From a virus: 54,645 nucleotides of DNA. Made by a program: the position numbers and the translations under genes. The notes under the pieces were generated by a model that saw only the letters and a program-made list of their open reading frames with translations, was not told the DNA's origin and ran no database searches. The stretch lies in the IMG/VR virus record IMGVR_UViG_3300011923_000001. One strand, written 5' to 3'. Each line of letters starts with the position of its first letter. Position 1 is the first letter of the stretch. Below are positions 49,868 to 54,645 of the stretch, piece by piece.

Positions 49868-50069
49868 ACAGCGCACAGTAATATGAATCGAAAGACATTG
49901 CTAGGACTGCCAACGAATGTGCGCAAGTAGTTGGACGGCATAGCCCGATATTGGACGATCGATTTTCTGTTGAATGATCCAAAAAAGCTGCTATGGGCAT
50001 AACGTAACAGATGACAACTTGGAAAGACAGTAAGCAAAAGGCCAGTCGAAAGATTGGCCTTTTGCTTTT
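49868..50069 (+). ncRNA. ORF-poor, GC-richer RNA segment downstream of the ribozyme, ending at a GNRA-capped terminator
   Basis: No ORF of 60 aa or more, a 7-bp helix gcgcaca/tgtgcgc (49871-49877/49918-49924), a small GAAA-capped hairpin near 49883-49898, and a terminator at 50034-50069. Confidence 0.3.
50034..50069. terminator. Strong bidirectional terminator with a GAAA tetraloop
   Basis: gcaaaaggccagtc GAAA gattggccttttgc followed by tttt. Confidence 0.75.
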
Positions 50070-50295
50070 GTATAAATATTAGAAATCAGGGTGGCTAAGA
50101 TAAATGAATTTGAAATTAAGGAAACAAACAGGTAATTAAATAAATAAATCGTTTGAATATTTATATATTACATTTAAGTAACTATATTTAAAGAATGCGT
50201 TAAAAATATAATTATAATTACCTCTTAATTTATTCAAATTGTTGTTTTTAATTTATCTCTTAAGTATTGCAAATAAAGGGTTTTAAGTAAATATA

Positions 50296-50312
50296 TGGTC
50301 ATTTACCTGACG
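50296..50312 (+). repeat. Isolated iteron-like site (tggtcatttacctgacg)
   Basis: 16 of 17 nt match the iteron core, about 260 bp upstream of the array. Confidence 0.6.
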
Positions 50313-50480
50313 CTTAATTTACTTGATTTTTATAAAACATAAATAACATTATATAAATGGAAATACACTTTTTAAAGTGAAAATATAATTTACTTAATTG
50401 ATTAATTTATATTCTAACTGATTTTTGATAAGTAAAGCTTATAAAATAATCAATTCTACTTATATTAAAGCAAAAAAAAG

Positions 50481-50530
50481 CCTTTCTTCTTTCTTCTTTT
50501 TATATATTCTTTCTTCTTTCTTCTTTATAT
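50481..50530. repeat. Duplicated polypyrimidine tract (ttctttcttcttt..tatat, two copies)
   Basis: cctttcttctttcttctttttatatattctttcttctttcttctttatat, directly upstream of the iterons. Confidence 0.7.
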
Positions 50531-50573
50531 TCCCCTGTAAACAAGTCATATCATGTGTTACAGCGACTAAATG

Positions 50574-50702
50574 TGGTCAATTACCTGACGCTTTATGGTC
50601 AATTACCTGACGCTTTATGGTCAATTACCTGACATTAATTATGGTCAATTACCTGACGCTTTACGGTCAAACACCTGACGCAATATGGTCAATTACCTGA
50701 CG
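50574..50702 (+). repeat. oriV iteron array: six direct repeats of tggtcaattacctgacg (period 22 bp, one 24)
   Basis: Copies start at 50574, 50596, 50618, 50642, 50664 (degenerate) and 50686. Confidence 0.9.
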
Positions 50703-50716
50703 TGGAAAAAATTGGT

Positions 50717-50725
50717 TGTGGATAA
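50717..50725 (-). promoter_or_regulatory. Perfect DnaA box (TTATCCACA on the minus strand)
   Basis: tgtggataa sits 15 bp after the last iteron. Confidence 0.7.
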
Positions 50726-50732
50726 GTGTAAT

Positions 50733-50778
50733 TGTGGTCATTAAGAGAGTTGACCATAATTAAAAGTTTATATATTCT
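50733..50778 (+). promoter_or_regulatory. rep promoter overlapped by inverted partial iterons (autoregulation site)
   Basis: tgtggtcatt ... ttgaccataat inverted pair. TTGACC-N17-TATTCT lies about 25 bp before the rep start. Confidence 0.5.
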
Positions 50779-50800
50779 CTAGGCATCACAGGGGATAGTT

Positions 50801-51961
50801 ATGTCTAATGATCTTATTAACCAAGATTCCACGATAAAACAAGCAAATAAATTGATTGAATCCGTCTATAGGATGGAAGCCAATGAACAAAAAATCATTT
50901 TGTTGGCCATAAAGCAAGTTTATGAAAAAGAAAAGCGTAAAGAGCCTTTTACAGAACGCACCGAAATCATTATTTCTGGAGCGGAATATGCGCGAGAGTA
51001 TGGCATTTCCAGACAAACTGCATTTGATGTGATCCGAGAGGCTAAAAACACGCTATATGAGCGCTCTTTCGAGTATGACTATCTTAACCCTGAAACAGGG
51101 GAGTCAAAGCCTTTAAGTAGCCGTTGGATCCACGCAAAAGGGGAGACAAAGGCTAAGAGTGAAATTAGTATTTTTTTTGCCCCAGCAGTTATCCCGCTTA
51201 TATATCTGGTACAGAAAGAATTTACCCTATTAGATATATCTGAAATTGGTCGTCTCAAAAGCAAGTACGCTATACGATTGTATGAACTTTTAATGAAGTG
51301 GAGAAATGCGGAATATCAGCCCAAAATGGAATATCAGGATTTACGGAATAAGCTTGGATTGGTAGATGCCGATTATCCTGTTATGGCTGATTTTAAAAAG
51401 CGTGTGATCGATGTAGCAGTTAGTCAAATCAACAAAGGTACAGGTTTCGTTGGATTGAAATATTCAACTTTAAAAAAAGGTGTGAAGATAACTCATTTCG
51501 TATTCAGCTACACCAAGTATGACAATGACACACTCAATATCACCCCAATTAAGCCTCAATCGCACACAGCGAAAGAAAAGCCTAAGATGATAGATGTGAC
51601 ACCAAAAAAGAAAAAAGAAGCAAATACGGCAAAACAGAGCGATTCTAACGACACGTTTGAATTAGTTCCTGTTGATGTAGTCCAGAAAAAAACCGCAAAA
51701 CGACATTATGATTTTGCCATGAGTGAATCACAAGCATATATGTTTGCTCATAAAATGATTAAAAAGATCAAAGAAAAAGATCAAAGATTTATGCATCTGG
51801 AAAAATTGGCGTATGAAGGTGAGCATGAAAATAGCTTTTTAAAGCGCGTGGTAGAGGACTTACTCATTGGAACATTTAAGCCATACGCTGAAGCTTTACG
51901 GACGCTAGGATATAAACACCACAATAATTCAGCAGACGGACAACTGGCAGTTGATGAGTAA
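50801..51961 (+). CDS. rep: Rep_3-family iteron-binding replication initiator
   Basis: IKQANKLIESVYRMEANEQKIILLAIKQV is the Rep_3 N-terminal signature. The iterons lie immediately upstream. Confidence 0.9.
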   Translation: MSNDLINQDSTIKQANKLIESVYRMEANEQKIILLAIKQVYEKEKRKEPFTERTEIIISGAEYAREYGISRQTAFDVIREAKNTLYERSFEYDYLNPETGESKPLSSRWIHAKGETKAKSEISIFFAPAVIPLIYLVQKEFTLLDISEIGRLKSKYAIRLYELLMKWRNAEYQPKMEYQDLRNKLGLVDADYPVMADFKKRVIDVAVSQINKGTGFVGLKYSTLKKGVKITHFVFSYTKYDNDTLNITPIKPQSHTAKEKPKMIDVTPKKKKEANTAKQSDSNDTFELVPVDVVQKKTAKRHYDFAMSESQAYMFAHKMIKKIKEKDQRFMHLEKLAYEGEHENSFLKRVVEDLLIGTFKPYAEALRTLGYKHHNNSADGQLAVDE

Positions 51962-51972
51962 ACTAGGCCAAT

Positions 51973-52005
51973 AAAAAAGCCCAGATTCCTATCTGGGCTT
52001 TTTTA
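51973..52005. terminator. Bidirectional terminator between rep and the end of the early-left operon
   Basis: aaaaaagcccagat tcct atctgggctttttt. Confidence 0.8.
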
Positions 52006-52018
52006 TGTATGTAAAATA

Positions 52019-52258
52019 TTAATTTTGCTGTAGTTGATCACGTAGAATCTTTAAGTCACGTAAGTTATATGAGTGAGTTCTGGTTGATCCGTTAGCTTTT
52101 GACCTTAGAGTTATTTCAAGGGCAATGCCGTCTTCGCTCAGGCTTAAGTATTCATGTGGATTGGCTGTATATTTGTCGAAAGTTGGTTGAAGTTCTTGGA
52201 TAAACATTTCGACATGATTTAGCTGCAAATTTAATGGATTTAAATCATTATTCATCAT
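52019..52258 (-). CDS. Hypothetical protein (79 aa)
   Basis: Last ORF of the minus-strand operon. Overlaps the upstream gene by 11 nt. Confidence 0.5.
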   Translation of the reverse strand: MMNNDLNPLNLQLNHVEMFIQELQPTFDKYTANPHEYLSLSEDGIALEITLRSKANGSTRTHSYNLRDLKILRDQLQQN

Positions 52259-52547
52259 TATTTGAATCCTTACTCTGTTCAGAGCGTTGTTTCATGCGAG
52301 TGTGGGTAACATCTTCAAGACGATCAAAAACAGCACTGGGTAAGCCTTCTTTAGCAATACGATAAAAGGTACGCATAAAGTTTTGATCATGGCGATTTGT
52401 TTTCTGTTCAATACGCCTAGATATTTCATCCAAGCGTTGCTGTAGCACCAGGTTAATTTCAGGACTATTAGTTTCGTTCAACTGACTGGTGACAATTTTT
52501 TTACAATGTACCAGCCCTTGCATTGTTTCAGGAAGTTCCATAACCAC
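52248..52547 (-). CDS. Hypothetical protein (99 aa)
   Basis: ORF abutting the upstream gene's stop. Confidence 0.5.
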   Translation of the reverse strand: MVMELPETMQGLVHCKKIVTSQLNETNSPEINLVLQQRLDEISRRIEQKTNRHDQNFMRTFYRIAKEGLPSAVFDRLEDVTHTRMKQRSEQSKDSNNDE

Positions 52548-52844
52548 CTATGAAATATCAATTTTTTGTTTAAGCGCCAGTGCTTGATTTTTTACCAAAA
52601 CAGCATCTACAGATTTGCAAAAAAGATTGTCATTCATGACTTTTTTTCTGGCATCCAATAAGCTCGACGCAAGTACACGACCTTTAAAAGTTCCTGAAGG
52701 AGACATTTTTGCTGTGTATGCCCACACATATTGTTTTGATTCCATAGCGACTACCTTTGTCCGATCCAGCCGCAACGACATTCCCACTGGCCAGAAGGAT
52801 TGCCAGTGTGACTTACACCAATTGAAGTAACTTGCGACCCACAC
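52548..52844 (-). CDS. Hypothetical protein (98 aa from GTG 52844; 65 aa if ATG 52745, which has a better RBS)
   Basis: ORF in the operon. The start is ambiguous. Confidence 0.4.
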   Translation of the reverse strand: MWVASYFNWCKSHWQSFWPVGMSLRLDRTKVVAMESKQYVWAYTAKMSPSGTFKGRVLASSLLDARKKVMNDNLFCKSVDAVLVKNQALALKQKIDIS

Positions 52845-52878
52845 TTAGGGCATGTTGTTGATGTGTAAAGATAAAGCT

Positions 52879-53592
52879 TCATGCAGTGATCCCCTTGTAT
52901 ATCTCAATTGCTTTTAAAAGATATTTATCTACATCAGGCTGTTTTACGAGCCACTGGAAGTATCCAGAATCTCGTATCCCTGCAATTTGCTGACCGCTAT
53001 ATTTTCCAAAGGGCATGTGTGTAGGTATTAGTGATTCAGCACTAGATTTATAGAGTCTTTCAAAATTCAGATCAAAATGACTGATTTTCAAAAGTAGTTC
53101 GTTCAGCAAATCCTGAGTGAGTAACACATCTACCAATGCAGTATGAGCATTCTTCAGCCTACCCCTAGTTGCTGACAAATCTTTAGAAATAAAGTAACTT
53201 AAAGCACTAAGCGTATGACGTGGGGCTTGGGGAAGATACTTGCGAGATAGAGCCAATGTATCGATAGGTTTTAGGTGATCGATCTTTTGACCACATTTAG
53301 CAATCATTTTTAAATCAAATTCAATATTGTGGCCAATCACGTATTCCACTGACTCTGGAAGTCTGAAAGTTTTACATGAAGGTTTGCCTGTAATGTCAGA
53401 AGGCAAAATATGATGTGTGGCCATAGCACCAAAACTTATAGGATGCGGAGCGGAGAATAATTGATCGAAAACGGCATTTTCAGCGATTTCAATTTTACCG
53501 TTTGCAAAATTACAACCCGCGTATGCAATTTGAATAGGATACCCATCAAGATCAGTGGTTTCAGTATCTAGTATTACAGCGTTAAAGGTCAT
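52879..53592 (-). CDS. DnaQ-like 3'-5' exonuclease (DEDDh) with a DUF3820-like C-terminus
   Basis: ExoI ILDTETTDL, ExoII IGHNIEFDLKMI and ExoIII HTALVDVLLT. C-terminal MPFGKYSGQQI...FQWL. Confidence 0.8.
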   Translation of the reverse strand: MTFNAVILDTETTDLDGYPIQIAYAGCNFANGKIEIAENAVFDQLFSAPHPISFGAMATHHILPSDITGKPSCKTFRLPESVEYVIGHNIEFDLKMIAKCGQKIDHLKPIDTLALSRKYLPQAPRHTLSALSYFISKDLSATRGRLKNAHTALVDVLLTQDLLNELLLKISHFDLNFERLYKSSAESLIPTHMPFGKYSGQQIAGIRDSGYFQWLVKQPDVDKYLLKAIEIYKGITA

Positions 53593-54542
53593 GCGGCATT
53601 CTCCTTATTTTCAAACCATTTACTTGTTTCTTTGTTGTATTTAAAACCAGCATTTTTGGCATAATGCTTTACACAATCCCACATATTCTTCAATCGTGGG
53701 TTTTCAGCATGATCTGAAAGCAACTCGCCAGTGAGAGTGTTGAAGTCATTTGCATACTGAGCTTCAGAGCAGCATTGCTGCCAATAAATCCAGTGCTGTT
53801 CCTGTTCTACATACAACTTTTGCTCTGGTGTGAGTGTGTTCAGGTGATTCTTAATAGACTGGATGAGATCACCTAAAAAAGTTGGATTATGGGTTAAATC
53901 AGGAACCTTGATCTTTCCAAGATTGGCACAGTCTTTTGAGTGATATGTTGCACCCTGAGAAAAGTTCAGAACTCTGTTAATACCGCCATTATTAGTGCTT
54001 TCATTGGTAAAATAAGCCATACAGTCAGACAAGCGATACAGTTCGTTGCGGTTTTTGCCGCCAAGATCAGGACGATGAATAATTGAATCATCATCTTTAT
54101 TCTTGTCTTCAGTAGCATGGGCCAGAAAAATTACATCTTTTCCAGCAAAAATCAGCATATTTATAAAACGGATAAATGCGTTATTTATGGGGGTGTAAGT
54201 TTGCTGCTTGATTGCGCCATTACCCATTAAATTATTTTTATTTTCAGCAAAGTGAGCTTTCACTACATCAAGCAAACGGCCTACGGTATCAATAACTACG
54301 GTGTCGTAAGCTTCAAAATCTTCAGCGGTTAAGTTAGAGAGAATATTCCAGCGATCAACTGATTGAACTGGTGAGCGACGAAGTGCGCCAGTACGGTAAG
54401 CACCTAAATCGGCATCTAAAACAATTGCGTTTTTAGCCGTCATGGCCAGTGACGATTTTCCCATGCTTGGATCAGCATAAATATATAACTTAATTGAATC
54501 CACTTGGATTGGTTCATTCGGCATTGTTGGGTTTAAAGACAT
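53589..54542 (-). CDS. AAA_24/Sak4-like RecA-fold ATPase (recombination)
   Basis: Walker A YADPSMGKSS and Walker B TVVIDTVG. Adjacent to the exonuclease gene. Ends ...NAA with the conserved junction. Confidence 0.6.
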   Translation of the reverse strand: MSLNPTMPNEPIQVDSIKLYIYADPSMGKSSLAMTAKNAIVLDADLGAYRTGALRRSPVQSVDRWNILSNLTAEDFEAYDTVVIDTVGRLLDVVKAHFAENKNNLMGNGAIKQQTYTPINNAFIRFINMLIFAGKDVIFLAHATEDKNKDDDSIIHRPDLGGKNRNELYRLSDCMAYFTNESTNNGGINRVLNFSQGATYHSKDCANLGKIKVPDLTHNPTFLGDLIQSIKNHLNTLTPEQKLYVEQEQHWIYWQQCCSEAQYANDFNTLTGELLSDHAENPRLKNMWDCVKHYAKNAGFKYNKETSKWFENKENAA

Positions 54543-54645
54543 GGCTTATCTCCCCTTGTACTGTTTACGATAGTTTTTATAGTCTTCAGATGCGAAGTGA
54601 CCACTTTGTTCTAAAACTTGGTTGTAATCAAAAGTGCTTTTGGCT
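54534..54645. repeat. Terminal overlap copy 2 (identical to 1-112)
   Basis: Same 112 nt as the window start. The minus-strand gene chain runs across the junction without interruption. Confidence 0.95.

Larger units (their letters stand above)
1..54533. mobile_element. Complete circular phage-plasmid unit (podovirus-like virion genes plus iteron/Rep_3 replicon, partition genes, repressor switch)
   Basis: Exact 112-bp overlap of window ends. Terminase/portal/capsid/fibre/ejection genes coexist with Rep_3 initiator, iterons, ParA and a tyrosine recombinase. No flanking host genes. Confidence 0.75.

Noticed and set aside
49842-50000. 52-aa minus-strand ORF (MPIAAFLDHS...HDHVGFA) running antisense through the hammerhead and the GC-richer island.
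   Set aside because: There is no Shine-Dalgarno sequence before its ATG. A strong bidirectional terminator lies between it and any upstream promoter. An open frame of that length is not improbable by chance. I keep it as the main alternative explanation of the island.
50425-50610. 61-aa plus-strand ORF inside the origin region.
   Set aside because: It is composed of the polypyrimidine tract and iteron sequence, is low in complexity, and has no RBS. It is an artefact of repeat DNA.
50574-50702. Regular 22-bp direct repeats that could superficially resemble a small CRISPR array.
   Set aside because: There are no unique spacers, because the units are contiguous. They sit next to a DnaA box and directly upstream of a Rep_3 gene, so they are iterons.

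Overview
The window is one complete circular replicon read slightly past its start. Bases 1-112 recur exactly at 54534-54645, so the unit is 54,533 bp. Its gene content is that of a temperate phage-plasmid.

Main modules:
- Immunity switch: a CI/LexA-type repressor (1186-1890, minus) with a divergent Cro-like gene.
- Plus-strand early operon (2.1-8.7 kb): a Vsr-like endonuclease, an ASCH protein, a C5 cytosine methyltransferase and a zinc-finger Q-like protein.
- Minus-strand accessory island (8.7-10.2 kb): two strongly acidic proteins and a small regulator/effector pair.
- Late operon (11.2-46.1 kb): a DUF2829 (Tad2-like) fusion protein, a lysis cassette, TerS/TerL, portal, scaffold, capsid, tail proteins, a 1288-aa fibre, and internal/ejection proteins. 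The ejection proteins include an SLT-domain protein and a 3606-aa polyvalent giant protein.
- Plasmid maintenance block (46.1-52 kb): an orphan umuC, a parA/ParG-like pair, a tyrosine recombinase, an iteron oriV with a DnaA box, and a Rep_3 initiator.
- Minus-strand recombination operon: a DnaQ-like exonuclease and an AAA_24/Sak4-like ATPase, crossing the circular junction.

I recognised no phage DNA polymerase, primase or helicase, and no tRNA or CRISPR array. Composition and the Rep_3/iteron style suggest an Acinetobacter-like host, but that is inference only.

Most notable observations:
- A complete hammerhead-ribozyme core (49819-49867) lies in a GC-richer, ORF-poor island bounded by strong terminators next to oriV.
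- The giant virion protein combines an adenine-methyltransferase domain, a pyrophosphatase-like domain and a PLxRFG domain.
- A reverse-oriented lipoprotein/membrane moron splits the ejection-protein operon.
- A conserved Ala-Ala-stop/ATG junction is shared by five early genes.
- A 13-6-13 palindrome sits at the recombinase promoter.

All functional calls come from motif recognition by eye. No database search was run.
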